Below are positions 37,382 through 47,665 of a stretch of DNA of 64,000 nt, piece by piece. The translations under genes were made by a program, and so were the position numbers. The notes under the pieces are model-generated. The model did no database searches. It was not told where the DNA came from and was given only the letters and a program-made list of their open reading frames with translations. Source of the DNA: an uncultured Actinomycetota bacterium (GTDB lineage Bacteria > Actinomycetota > Actinomycetes > Streptosporangiales > Streptosporangiaceae); assembly GCA_963737865.1 (NCBI GenBank), contig CAVTUG010000001.1, positions 21,766 to 85,765 of the forward strand, read 5' to 3'. Position 1 is the first letter of the stretch; the number at the start of each line of letters is the position of its first letter.

Positions 37382-39247
37382 ATGTGCGGACTGGCCGGCG
37401 TGGCCGCGCTCCGGGGCGACGCGCCGGTACCCGAAGAGCTAGTGAACGCCATGGCGCAGGCGCTCGTTCACCGGGGCCCTGATGACGAGGGCTACTTCTG
37501 CGCGACCGGCATCGGGCTCGGCTTCCGCCGCCTGAGCATCGTGGATCTGACCTCCGGAGGTCAGCCGATGTTCAGCGAGGACGGGAACGTGGTGATGATC
37601 TGCAACGGCGAGATCTTCAACCACCGGGAGCTCCGGGATCGCCTCGTCGCCAGGAACCACGTGTTCCGCACCCACTGCGATGTCGAGGTCCTGGTCCATC
37701 TCTACGAGGACGAGGGGATGGGACTGCTCGGCCACGTGAACGGACAGTTCGCGTTCGCTCTCTACGACCAGGCCCGGAGGCAGCTGTTCCTGGTCCGCGA
37801 CCACCTGGGCATCCTGCCCCTTTACTACACGACCACGGCGGATCACCTGGTATTCGGATCGGAGATCAAGGCGATCTTGCGGCACCCGGACGTCAGCCCG
37901 GAGGTCGACCTGACGGGGCTCGATCAGATCCTGTCTTTCCCCGGCATCGTGAGCCCGCGCACCATGTTCCGCGGCATCCACGCGCTGGAGAACGGTGAGT
38001 ACCTGTCCTTACACGACGGTGCGATCGAACGGGTCCGCTACTGGGACCTAAACTACCCGCCGGACGGCGAGGCGCCCCCGAGCGCGGGCGAGGACTACTA
38101 CGCGGACACGCTGGCTGAGCTCCTGTCCCGGTCAGTGCGGCGCCGGCTGCGCGCGGACGTGCCTGTCGGCCTGTACCTGAGCGGCGGCCTTGACTCCTCG
38201 CTCATCGCGGCGCTGGCGAGCGAGGAAGCCGCTGGCGTCGACTCCTTCTCCATCGTGTTCCCCGGCGCGGCGATCGACGAGTCCGCCTATCAGCGGCTCA
38301 TGTCGGACGTCATCGGATCGCGTCATCACGAGAGCGAATGCGACATCGCCTATATCGCCGACCATCTGCAGCAGATGGTCTACCACGCCGAATGCCCGGT
38401 CAAGGAGACGTACAACACGTGCTCGCTCCGGCTGTCGGAGATGGCTCATGCGGCCGGCACCAAGGCTGTGCTGAGCGGGGAGGGCGCCGATGAGCTCTTC
38501 GGCGGCTACGCCGGCTACCGATTCGATCACTCGCGTCGCGGCCGGGACTTCCCGCAGCACAGTCTCGAGGCGGCGCTTGAGGGGGAAATCTCCCAGCGGT
38601 TGTGGGGCGATGCTGCCATCCGGTATGAGCGGAACTACCACGCCTGGCGCGAGACCAAGGCGGAGATCTACTCGGCGGAACTGGCCGCCTCGCTCGATGA
38701 CTTCGACTGCGCCGGCTTCCCGCTCGTCGACAAGAGCAAGCTGGCCGGCAGGCATCCCGTTCATCAGCGGTCCTACCTCGACGTGCGGCTGCGGCTCGCC
38801 GACCATCTGCTCGCCGACCACGGGGACCGGATGGCCCTTGCCCATTCCGTCGAGGTGCGTTACCCATTCCTGGACCGCGAGGTGGTCGAATTCGCTACGA
38901 CGATTCCGGCCGGCTTCAAGGTGAACGACCACGGCGAGAAGTACCTGCTGAAGCGGATGGCCTGCCGCCTTCTGCCCGCTCCCATCGTCGAGCGTGAGAA
39001 ATTCGGTTTCCGGGCTCCGTCCAGCCCGGCCCTGCTCAGACGCGATACCGAGTGGATCAACGACCTGCTGTCGCCGGCCAGGATCAAGCGCCAGGGTTAC
39101 TTCAACGTCGCCGTGGTCGAGCATCTGAAGAACGAGTTCCTGGCGGAAGGAGGCGATCTCCATCCTCATCTGAGCGACGACCTGCTCCTGGTCGTGCTGA
39201 CCTTCGGGATCTTGCTGGACACGTTCGGCCTGCCCGGCCATTCCTGA
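37382..39247 (+). CDS. asnB: Asparagine synthase (glutamine-hydrolysing) family amidotransferase
   Basis: The N-terminal MCGLAG carries the Cys2 nucleophile. It also has the SGGLDSS PP-loop motif. The 621-aa ORF is intact. Confidence 0.9.
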   Translation: MCGLAGVAALRGDAPVPEELVNAMAQALVHRGPDDEGYFCATGIGLGFRRLSIVDLTSGGQPMFSEDGNVVMICNGEIFNHRELRDRLVARNHVFRTHCDVEVLVHLYEDEGMGLLGHVNGQFAFALYDQARRQLFLVRDHLGILPLYYTTTADHLVFGSEIKAILRHPDVSPEVDLTGLDQILSFPGIVSPRTMFRGIHALENGEYLSLHDGAIERVRYWDLNYPPDGEAPPSAGEDYYADTLAELLSRSVRRRLRADVPVGLYLSGGLDSSLIAALASEEAAGVDSFSIVFPGAAIDESAYQRLMSDVIGSRHHESECDIAYIADHLQQMVYHAECPVKETYNTCSLRLSEMAHAAGTKAVLSGEGADELFGGYAGYRFDHSRRGRDFPQHSLEAALEGEISQRLWGDAAIRYERNYHAWRETKAEIYSAELAASLDDFDCAGFPLVDKSKLAGRHPVHQRSYLDVRLRLADHLLADHGDRMALAHSVEVRYPFLDREVVEFATTIPAGFKVNDHGEKYLLKRMACRLLPAPIVEREKFGFRAPSSPALLRRDTEWINDLLSPARIKRQGYFNVAVVEHLKNEFLAEGGDLHPHLSDDLLLVVLTFGILLDTFGLPGHS

Positions 39248-39281
39248 CCTTAGTCGCAAACGAGAGGGCCGCGATTTTCAG

Positions 39282-41109
39282 ATGAGCTTCGAGCCCATTC
39301 ATCACATGGTGGAGCGGACCGCCAGCCGATTTCCGGGCAGCGTGGCGATCGAGTCGCCGGAAGGCCAGCTCACGTATGCGCAACTCGAGGCCGGGGCGAA
39401 CCACCTGGCCCGGCAACTGCAGGCTGCGGGGGCCGGCCCGGGCTGCCTCGTGCCGATCGTCGCCGATGATCGCCGCGAGGTCGTCATCGCCGTCCTAGCC
39501 GCCCTGAAAGCCAGGGCGGTGTTCGCGCCGCTCGATCCGCACAGCCCCCGCGAACGGCTGGGGGGCATCCTGGACGGCTCGCACCGCGATGGGTGCTGCT
39601 CGGCGCGGGCAACCGGGCTCGCGACGCCGAGCTGGTGCAGCGGCACGCGCCGGCCGCGACGCAGGTCACGGTGGACCCGGCCGATCGCGGTAGTGGCCTG
39701 CCCGAGCCGACCCGGCCAGAGCCGGACGACGAGTGCTACGTGTTCTTCACCTCCGGCTCCACCGGCCGTCCCAAGGGCATCGTGGGCCGGCGAAGGCCGT
39801 GGACCACTACATCCGCTGGGAAACGGAGGCACTCGGCGTGGAACCCGGGTGGCGCTGCAGCCACCTCACCTCCCCGGCTTTCGACGCGATGCTCAGGGAC
39901 ATTTTCCTGCCGCTGTGCTCCGGAGGGACGATCTGCGTGCCGCCACCAGCCTCCGCCCTCGACGCGCACCAGCTCAGCAAGTGGATCGATGCCGAGAAGA
40001 TCAGCCTGGTGCACTGCGTCCCCGCCGTGTTCCGTGGCCTGGCGCGGGTGGCGGACTCGGCGCCGCAGGAATTCCGGGCGCTCCGCTGGATCGCTCTGGC
40101 GGGGGAGCAGCTCCCGCCCGATGACGTCCGCCGGTGGCTCGGCCGCTACGGGGAAAGGATCGGCCTGGTCAATCTCTACGGCCCGTCCGAGGCGACGATG
40201 ACGAAGACCTATCACTTTGTCACCCCCGCCGACGCCGGCCGGGACTCGGTCCCGATCGGGGTGCCCATACCGGACACCGAAGCGCTGCTCGTGGACAGCC
40301 GAGACCAGCTCTGCCGCGACGGCGAGATCGGCGAAATCTATCTGCGCACTCCGTACCTGACGCATGGCTACTACCGGCAGCCGGACGCGACGAGCCAGGT
40401 CTTCGTCCCGAACCCCGTCACCGGGGACCGCGTCGACATCGTCTACCGCACGGGGGACTTCGGCCGTCGGCTGGCCGACGGTGAGCTGGAGTTTCTCGGA
40501 CGCAAGGACCATCAGGTCAAGATCGGCGGAGTGCGGGTCGAACTGGAGGACGTGGAGCGCACGCTCCGCGAACTGCCAGCCGTGCGCGACGCCGCAGTGG
40601 CGCTCGACCAGTCTGGCGACGTCCCTTGCCTCTGCGCTTTCGTGGAGGCGGACGGCGAAGTTGACGAGGATCTCCTGCGGAGCAGGCTGCGCGCGCGGCT
40701 CCCGGTGGCTGCCATTCCAGCCTCGATCGTCGTCCTGGACCGGATCCCGCGCACCGTGAGCGGGAAGACCGACCGCCGGTCGCTGCCGCTCGGCCTGGCC
40801 AGGCGCGGTCGCGGGGACAGCGAGGGGACGAGGCCAGGCACGCCGACCGAGCGAGCTCTCGCCGGACTGCTTCACGAGCTGGCGCCCGCCGTGGCGGTGG
40901 ACGTCCGGGCGGATCTCCTCGACCTCGGCGCCAACTCGCTGCTGATCATGCAGCTCCTGCTCCGGCTCAACGATGACTTCGATCTCGAGGTCCCGCTTCA
41001 GACGTTCCTCGCCGCACCGACCCTGGCGGCGCTGGCGCGCTGGATCGACACCGAGGCGCGGGACGAGGACCATGCGCTCGACCGATTGCAGCGACATGCC
41101 ACGACCTGA
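39282..41109 (+). pseudogene. NRPS A-T didomain protein; frame broken near 39581 and near 39790
   Basis: It uses three frames. The first has TYAQLEAGANHLARQL and FAPLDP. The second has WVLLGAGNRA and CYVFFTSGSTGRPKGIVG. The third has AKAVDHYIRWE, NLYGPSEATM, YRTGDFGRR, GRKDHQVKIGGVRVELEDVE, VSGKTDR and the T motif LGANSLLIMQL. Confidence 0.85.
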
Positions 41110-42025
41110 GCGGACCCCCGGGGCCTACGTGTCCGCCATCGGATTCGCGGTCGGGGAGGCTGTCGCCCTGCAGGAGCTGAGCGATCCGGGGATCATGGCC
41201 GAGCTGGCCAGCCTCCACAAAGACGGGCTGCGCGAATGCCGGGTCGCGAGCTGCGGCCGGGCGTCGCTGGCCGCCGCCGCCGCGCGGCAGAGCGTTGGTG
41301 ACGAAACCCGGCCAAGGCCCAGCGCAGTGGTCTACTGCACGGACACCGTCAGCGACTCGCCGACCTTCGAGGCGCAGCGGCTGCTGGCGGCCATGTCCGG
41401 ACCGCCAGGTCACGTCGTCATGGTCGGCGGAAACGCCTGCGCGAACTTCGGATCGGGGCTGCAGCTCGCCATGGCCTGGCTCGCGGCAAGCCAGGCCGAA
41501 TCGGTGCTCCTGGTGACGTCCGACGAGGTGATCAAGGGGTCTCGCTACCTCGCAAGCGGCCGGACGGTGCTCAGCGACAGCGCCGCGTCGTGCCTGGTCT
41601 CGGCCAGTCCGGTCGGCCCTAGCTTCAGGGTGCTCGGGATGTCCTCCGGAGGCGGGCCCGCATCGGAGTCCGATCTTGCCGGAAATCAGGCGCTGCGGCA
41701 GACCGCGGCGGGAGTGGAGCAGACGGTCCGCGCCGCGCTCGCGGCTGCGGGCAGGCAGGCGTCGGATTGCCGGTACATCCTGACCGGGAATCTCGGCGGC
41801 ACGCTCCGAGGCTTCCTGGCCATGGCGGCCGGATTCAGGCCGGCCAAGGTCTATGCCCACGGTGGCGAGACGCTGGCACATTGCTTCGCCGCCGACATCC
41901 TGATCGCCCTGCGCGCCGTTGTAGCGGACGAGCTGGTGGCCCCGGGTGACCTGGTCATGCTGCTGCCCACTAGCCCAGTCTCGTGGTCGGCGATCGTAGT
42001 GGAATATGTGCCTGGGTCATCCTGA
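41096..42025 (+). CDS. KAS III (FabH)-like condensing enzyme
   Basis: It has the candidate active-site Cys in GGNACANFGSGLQLAMAW. The ~310-aa size and thiolase-like layout fit the family. ATG 41096 overlaps the end of the A-T gene. Confidence 0.6.
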   Translation: MPRPERTPGAYVSAIGFAVGEAVALQELSDPGIMAELASLHKDGLRECRVASCGRASLAAAAARQSVGDETRPRPSAVVYCTDTVSDSPTFEAQRLLAAMSGPPGHVVMVGGNACANFGSGLQLAMAWLAASQAESVLLVTSDEVIKGSRYLASGRTVLSDSAASCLVSASPVGPSFRVLGMSSGGGPASESDLAGNQALRQTAAGVEQTVRAALAAAGRQASDCRYILTGNLGGTLRGFLAMAAGFRPAKVYAHGGETLAHCFAADILIALRAVVADELVAPGDLVMLLPTSPVSWSAIVVEYVPGSS

Positions 42026-42058
42026 AAGTGCCGCGAATTCTTGATCCATCCGCCAACT

Positions 42059-42081
42059 GTCCAATCTGCGCAGTTGGACAA
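42059..42081. promoter_or_regulatory. Near-perfect palindrome TGTCCAAtCTGCGCAGTTGGACA between the KAS III-like and LmbU-like genes
   Basis: It has 7-bp outer arms (TGTCCAA/TTGGACA) around the 8-bp palindrome CTGCGCAG. It lies 34 bp after the KAS III stop and about 95 bp before GTG 42176. Confidence 0.3.
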
Positions 42082-42175
42082 GTGGGTGCGCAGGTAGGGC
42101 GAACCCTTCCATAGGTGAACAGTTCGGGGTTAAAGTCGCGTTGACCTTGAAGAGCAGCGATCTTGGGGGTTCATA

Positions 42176-42836
42176 GTGCCTCGGCCGATCGAGCAGCGAA
42201 CAGCACCGAGATTGCATCAGCAAAATAGGCCGAGCGGGAGTTCTGCGCAGCTTGCCCGACAGCCTATCCCGAATGACAAGATCATGGTGACTGAGGTGGG
42301 TCTCCAGATCTCGCAGGCGGTCGATTTCGATACCTGGCAGCAGGCGGGTCGCAAAATCGGGCGAATTTCCGAATCCTCTACGTGGTGCCTGGGTGACTGG
42401 CTGATCTATGGCCAGGACCAGTACTCAGATAGATACCGGCTGGCAATCGACTCCGCTCAGCTGGATTACCAGACACTGCGCAACTATGCCTGGGTAGCCC
42501 GCCGATTCGAGCTGAGCCGCCGCCGGAGCCGGCGGCTTCCAGCACCACGCGGAGGTCGCCGCACTGCCGCCCGATGAGCAGGATCGCTGGCTGGATCTCG
42601 CGGAGGGCAAGGGCTGGTCACGGAATGAATTACGCAAAAACATTCGGACCAATGCCCGCGGCAGGGAACTTCCGGATTCCTCGATCACCCTCCTTCCTCG
42701 GCTGTACGTGCCCGCCGAGCACCTCGTTCGCTGGCGCGAGGCGGCGAAGCGCCTCGACCAGGACTTCCAGCTCTGGATGGTGACTGTCCTTAACGAGAGC
42801 GCCGCGCGCGATCTTCGGCGCCGCGAGTGCGAATGA
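42176..42836 (+). pseudogene. LmbU-family pathway regulator; frame broken near 42540; contains a TTA codon
   Basis: STWCLGDWLIYGQDQYSDRYRLAIDSAQLDYQTLRNYAWVARRFELSRRR is in the first frame. My translation of the shifted frame gives GFQHHAEVAALPPDEQDRWLDLAEGKGWSRNELRKNIR through to the stop at 42834-42836. TTA codon at 42630-42632. Confidence 0.65.
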
Positions 42837-43766
42837 GACCCGCAAGGGATCTCGATCAGGCGCTTGTCGGTTACGGCCCGCAGACCCGCAGCCTCGCGGA
42901 GAGCGTGGTGCGCGAATGGCCCGACCACGAGGACTACCTCGTGCGGCGCTTCGACGGACGCGAAGGCGATGCCTTTATCGCGGAGACCCTGGCAGAGAAG
43001 ATCCTGCGCATTCTTGGCCCGCGGCGCACCGAGGCGATCGAGAATTACCGCTGGACCTGCGACCTTATGCTGGCTCACGAGTATGCGTTCGCGGGCACCG
43101 GGCGATATATGAACTCCTCATTTGCCGAGATCCGGGCCGCGGTCTACGACGACGCTAAGTTTATGTCGCGATACACCGACGGGCTGCTTATCTCGCAGCT
43201 GCTCTGGGCCAATCACAGCGCATCGATCGCTAGCTACCGCGCTGATTTCCTGACCCGGCTGCATCCGGACTCCGAGCTGCTCGAAGTCGGTCCTGGGCAC
43301 GGTCTTCTGCTCGCGCTCGCCGCTGCGGAGCTTGCCGTTCCGGTGACCGGCTGGGACATCAGCGAGACGAGCCTGGCGGCCACCCGGCATGCTCTGGAGG
43401 CGATGGGCGCTGGAAGCGTCGTCCTGCGCCGCGCGGATATCAGGCAGGCGCCGACGCAGGACACCTTCGACGCGGTCGTCGCGAGCGAGTCTCCTCGAGC
43501 ACCTGGAGGACCCCGCCGCCGCCCTGCTGCGGATCGGGGAGATAACCCGGCCAGGCGGGCTGCTTTTCCTCAACATTCCGGTCAACAGTCCTGCCCCTGA
43601 CCACATATTCCTGTGGACCACGCCCGAAGAGGTTCTAGAATACGTTACGTCCACCGGACTTGAAGTGCTTGACGCGCAGGTATTTCCGCTGACTGGCAAG
43701 ACGGAAGCTCAGGCTCGCAAAGCTGGAATGACCATCTCGTGTGTTGTTATCTGCCAGCGCCCGTAA
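42833..43766 (+). pseudogene. Class I SAM-dependent methyltransferase; frame broken near 43488
   Basis: It has the motif I LLEVGPGHGLL. After the shift it reads LLEHLEDPAAALLRIGEITRPGGLLFLNIP. ATGA overlap with the regulator gene at 42833-42836. Confidence 0.8.
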
Positions 43767-43779
43767 TAGATTGCGTTAT

Positions 43780-44061
43780 ATGTCAGACGCCGATCGGCTG
43801 CGTGATCAGCAGGTCATCCGGATGATCGTAAGCCAGCTCGCTCCGGTCAATATCGATGGCCTCACGGCGGAAGCCCGCCTTATCGAGGATCTCGGTTACC
43901 ATTCGCTAGCGCTTCTCGAACTCGCATTCGCGCTCGAGGACGAGTTCGGCCTCCCGCCGCTGGATGAGGAGACGGCGCGGAAGATTCGCACTGTCCGGGA
44001 CGTGGAGGACTTGGTTGCACAACGGCTGTCGACAGCAGAACGCAGCGCTGACGCAAGCTGA
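43780..44061 (+). CDS. Free-standing acyl/peptidyl carrier protein
   Basis: About 93 aa. It has the phosphopantetheine-site context IEDLGYHSLALLELAFALEDEFG. Confidence 0.8.
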   Translation: MSDADRLRDQQVIRMIVSQLAPVNIDGLTAEARLIEDLGYHSLALLELAFALEDEFGLPPLDEETARKIRTVRDVEDLVAQRLSTAERSADAS

Positions 44062-45347
44062 GGGGGCGCGCGAGGCCGGCCTTTATCGGGCAGCGCCTGA
44101 TCTGGCTTCTGGAGCGACGCGGCGGAGTAACCGGCGTCCTGAACGTCTTCAGCGCCTTCCGCCTCCGGGGGCCACTGAGCGAAGAGGCCCTGCTTGACGC
44201 GCTGCGGGAATTGCCGGTGCGGCACGAGAGCTTACGCACTACTTTTTCCGGGAATGGTCCCAGGCTCTCGCAGCTAGTACATCCTTCGCATCCGGTGCCA
44301 GCTCACGTCGTGAAGTTACTGGACATCCGGGCCGCCGAGCTCACCGATGCCGTGCGAGCGGAGGCGCGCCTGCACTTCGACCTGGGGACGCAGTGGCCGT
44401 GCCGGATGCGGCTGTTCCGGGTCGGCCCTGATGACCATGTGCTCACCATCGTGATCCACCACATCGTGACCGATGGCTGGTCCATGGCCGTCCTCATGGA
44501 CGAGCTGCGGACGCTGTATGCCGTGCGGCTCGGGGAGCGGGTCGAGCCGCCGGAACCGTGCGCGTGGCACCAGGCCGACTTCGCCCTGTGGCAGCGTCAG
44601 TGCATGGAAGACGGTTCTTTCGACGGGAAGACGGCCTACTGGCGGGAAGCTCTGGGGACGGCCCAGCCGATCAGCCTGCCGTCGGCACTCCAGGTGCCGT
44701 CGCCAGACCCCGAGCACGAACCGGGCGTCCTGCAGTACGACGTCCCCGCGAAGGCCGAAACGGTATTCCGGGAAGCCGCACTGCGGCATCGCAGTAGTTT
44801 CTTCGCGGTGCTCGTCGCGGCTTTCAGCGGGTACCTGGCCGCCAGCGGCAGCCAGGGGAAGATCCTCGTGCCGGTGTTCTTCGCTAACCGGACCCGCATG
44901 CAGGTACGCCGGACCGTCGGCTACTTCTCGAACTTGATGCTGCTTCCTATCGATCTCACGGATCAGCCATCATTCGCGGAGCTGATTGGCCGCTCAATGC
45001 GTACAATCTTGAAAGCCATTGCCAACCAAGATGTTCCGTACCATGTCGTGCCGCCGCCAGAACATGGAATCGAGCGGCGGAAGCATCCGGAGCTGGTGCT
45101 GGACTACTTCAAGATTGCCGGAAACGATGCGCTCGAATTATCTGGGCTCGACGTAAGGTCGTACGGTCTCGATGTCGCTACCGGAACGCGATTCGCTGTC
45201 GAGTTCCATTTTGTCGAGCGGAGCGATGGTCTCAAGATAGCGTGTGTCTACTCTCCCGATTACACCTGCGCTGGTGCCATTACCCGATTTCTTGACGGAT
45301 TTGCTGACTTCGCGTCGCAGCTTGGTGCCGGTAGTCTTAGCGGGTGA
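44052..45347 (+). CDS. Stand-alone NRPS condensation domain (start unresolved; possibly fused to the preceding carrier protein)
   Basis: It has the N-terminal C1-like RPAFIGQRLIWLLERR and RHESLRTTF, and the HHxxxDG motif VIHHIVTDGWS. The frame opens at 44052 with no ATG/GTG before the TTG at 44211. Confidence 0.8.
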   Translation, partial: RKLRGRARPAFIGQRLIWLLERRGGVTGVLNVFSAFRLRGPLSEEALLDALRELPVRHESLRTTFSGNGPRLSQLVHPSHPVPAHVVKLLDIRAAELTDAVRAEARLHFDLGTQWPCRMRLFRVGPDDHVLTIVIHHIVTDGWSMAVLMDELRTLYAVRLGERVEPPEPCAWHQADFALWQRQCMEDGSFDGKTAYWREALGTAQPISLPSALQVPSPDPEHEPGVLQYDVPAKAETVFREAALRHRSSFFAVLVAAFSGYLAASGSQGKILVPVFFANRTRMQVRRTVGYFSNLMLLPIDLTDQPSFAELIGRSMRTILKAIANQDVPYHVVPPPEHGIERRKHPELVLDYFKIAGNDALELSGLDVRSYGLDVATGTRFAVEFHFVERSDGLKIACVYSPDYTCAGAITRFLDGFADFASQLGAGSLSG

Positions 45348-46435
45348 GCAGCGCTCCGATCCCCGAGGTCGCTGAGCTGGATGCCACGTGGCTGACGGCC
45401 ATGCTGGCCGTCTCGGGGGCCGCGCCCTCGGGTGCACGCATTGTCGGGGTACGGCCGGAGAAGCTGTCCGCCGGCAGGCTGGCCAGCACCGTCCGCTTCC
45501 TGCTCACCTGGGCCGACGACGACAACCGCGGCCCCGGCTCGCTCGTGGGCAAGTTCCCCGCCGAGGGTGCTCGAAGCCGGGCGACCGGGCACGCCACCGA
45601 CGCCTACGCGATCGAGCTGGCCTTCTACCGCCAGCTCGCGCCGACGCTGCGGGTGACGGTGCCCCGCTGCCACTTCGCGGGCAGCGACCAGGCGACCGGC
45701 CGGTTCGCCTTGATCCTGGATGACGTGAGCCCCGCCAGGAAGGTCGATCAGGTCGCGGGAGCGTGCGAGGACGAGGCGGCGGCTGCGCTCGTCGAGCTGG
45801 CCAGGCTGCATGTCCAGTTCTGGGACTGCGACCAGTCGGGACCCCTGCGGTGGGTGCCGGTTCGGGCCGCACCAGAGAACGCCCGGCGGCTGGCCGCCGC
45901 CTACCGGCTCCTGCACCGGAGGTTCCTGGATCGGTTCGGGGGACGTCTGTCCGACCGCGCGGTTCGGGTGATCGAGCTCTTCGACACCGTGATCCGGCGA
46001 TGGCCGAGCCGGGACAGCCTGCCCTGCACTTTGCTGCACGGCGACTATCGCGTGGACAACTTGCTGTTCGGAGGCGACGGCGTGGTACCTGGTGTCACCG
46101 TGCTCGACTGGCAGAACTTAGGTCTCGGCACTGGCGCGACCGACGCCGCGTACCTGATCGGCGGCAGCCTGCCGATCGAGACCCGCAGGCGCCGGGAGGC
46201 GGAACTGGTGCAGGTCTATGTGGACGCCCTGGCCGCCCAGGGCGTCGCGGTCGGCGAACGTGAGTTTCGCGCCGCCTACCGTGCTAACGCTCTCGCCGGC
46301 CTGCATATGACGGTCGTGAGTGCGATGCTGGTGGACGACGGCCCAGGCAATGATGAGCTGTTCGTGACGATGGCCGAGCGTCATGCCGCCCACGCGGACG
46401 ACGTGAATGCACTGGACGAGTTTGCTGAACTCTAG
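45344..46435 (+). CDS. Phosphotransferase-family kinase (APH/EcKL-like)
   Basis: It has the catalytic-loop-like LLHGDYRVDNLLFG and VLDWQNLGLGTGATDAAYLIG. GTGA overlap with the upstream C-domain gene. Confidence 0.7.
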   Translation: MSSAPIPEVAELDATWLTAMLAVSGAAPSGARIVGVRPEKLSAGRLASTVRFLLTWADDDNRGPGSLVGKFPAEGARSRATGHATDAYAIELAFYRQLAPTLRVTVPRCHFAGSDQATGRFALILDDVSPARKVDQVAGACEDEAAAALVELARLHVQFWDCDQSGPLRWVPVRAAPENARRLAAAYRLLHRRFLDRFGGRLSDRAVRVIELFDTVIRRWPSRDSLPCTLLHGDYRVDNLLFGGDGVVPGVTVLDWQNLGLGTGATDAAYLIGGSLPIETRRRREAELVQVYVDALAAQGVAVGEREFRAAYRANALAGLHMTVVSAMLVDDGPGNDELFVTMAERHAAHADDVNALDEFAEL

Positions 46436-46450
46436 GAGAGGCGCTCGCAG

Positions 46451-47656
46451 TTGGCTCGCGAAATGTTTAGCTCGTTGCAGCATCGGCAATTCAGGCTATT
46501 TTTCTGGTCCCAGCTTGCCTCCGCCTCAGGAGACTGGGTCCAGATAGCCACCTTCAATATCGCGGTGCTTCGCCTGACCGGCGGCGGGAATCAGCTCGCG
46601 ATCGCCAACCTTGCCGCGTTCGTGCCAGCGATCTTGCTCACGCCCGTGGCGGGTGCCTGGGCGGACACCCGAGACAAGATCCGGCTGCTGGCCTTTGTCA
46701 ATGCCGGGCTGCTGGCGGCGGCCGCATTACTTGGCGTGCTGGCACAGACCAACTCGCTGTCGTTGCCGGTCATTTATGTCGCTGCGGCGGTGACCGGCTC
46801 GCTGGCCGCCTTCGATATCACTGTGCGCCAGGCGCTGGTCGCCGATCTCGTGCCGCTGAGCGATCTCGGCAATGGCATCGGGCTGAGCGTGACGTCCATG
46901 ACCGTCGCCCGGGCTGTAGGCCCGTTCAGCGCGGCCGTCCTCGTCCCGCTTCTCGGAATTTCCGGCTGCTTCTACGTCAATGCCGCCAGTTATATATTTC
47001 TGCTGGCCTGCCTGCCGCGACTGCGCGCTCCCCGTAACGAGGTTGCCAAGAAATTCGTACCGCGGTCAAGCCCGCAGGCCGTTGCGCGGACTCTTTGGGA
47101 AAATCGGGCTTTGCGAATTCCGATGCTTCAGATCGCAGCGCTGAGCGGATTCGGGATCACGTCTATTGTGCTGCTGCCGCTGTTTGTAGTCCGGACTTTG
47201 CATTCACCAGACTGGATCTACGCGCTGCTGGCTGGACTCGTGGGCACCGGATCAGTAGTCGGCGGCCTGACCATGACAGCTCGGCAGGTTATCGGGCCTC
47301 GTGCCGTTGCCACCTGTGCTATCGGCCTGTCGGCGATGCTCGCCATCGTCGGCCTGTCCACGTCCGCAGCAATCGCTGGGCTGCCGCTCTTCCTTTCTGG
47401 CGTTTTTGCCGCTTGCGCTATCGCGGCGGCGCTAGCGACGATGCAGATAGCCGCAGCACCTGAGATGCGCGGGCGAGTGATTGCCTCGTATACGATGGTA
47501 TTTACGATCTCGACGGGCCTGGTGGCACCGGCAACTGGGTTTATTGCCGAGGCCACGTCGCCGCGCGTAGGGTATTTCATCTGTGCTTCTGTGGTCGCGG
47601 CATCAGCGGTGCTCGTATTGTCCGGGCGGGAGCGATTGAAAGCGGCAATTCAGTGA
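46451..47656 (+). CDS. MFS transporter (EntS-like exporter type)
   Basis: 401 aa with about 12 hydrophobic segments. The N-terminal FRLFFWSQLASASGDW is typical of this MFS subgroup. Confidence 0.8.
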   Translation: MAREMFSSLQHRQFRLFFWSQLASASGDWVQIATFNIAVLRLTGGGNQLAIANLAAFVPAILLTPVAGAWADTRDKIRLLAFVNAGLLAAAALLGVLAQTNSLSLPVIYVAAAVTGSLAAFDITVRQALVADLVPLSDLGNGIGLSVTSMTVARAVGPFSAAVLVPLLGISGCFYVNAASYIFLLACLPRLRAPRNEVAKKFVPRSSPQAVARTLWENRALRIPMLQIAALSGFGITSIVLLPLFVVRTLHSPDWIYALLAGLVGTGSVVGGLTMTARQVIGPRAVATCAIGLSAMLAIVGLSTSAAIAGLPLFLSGVFAACAIAAALATMQIAAAPEMRGRVIASYTMVFTISTGLVAPATGFIAEATSPRVGYFICASVVAASAVLVLSGRERLKAAIQ

Positions 47657-47665
47657 GGGGTCACT

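Noticed and set aside
35533-41881. Long minus-strand ORFs across the NRPS and AsnB genes (35533-36483, 36483-37349, 38132-39259, 39736-41097, 40967-41881).
   Set aside because: They lie antisense to genes with textbook NRPS and AsnB motifs. Their translations are Arg/Pro/Gly-rich with no motifs.
45260-46039. ORF 45260-46039 (minus strand), ORF 53582-54850 (plus strand), ORF 59871-60929 (minus strand) and ORF 60923-61678 (plus strand).
   Set aside because: They are shadow ORFs opposite to, or out of frame with, the phosphotransferase, the hypothetical/C-T genes and the T-C-A gene.
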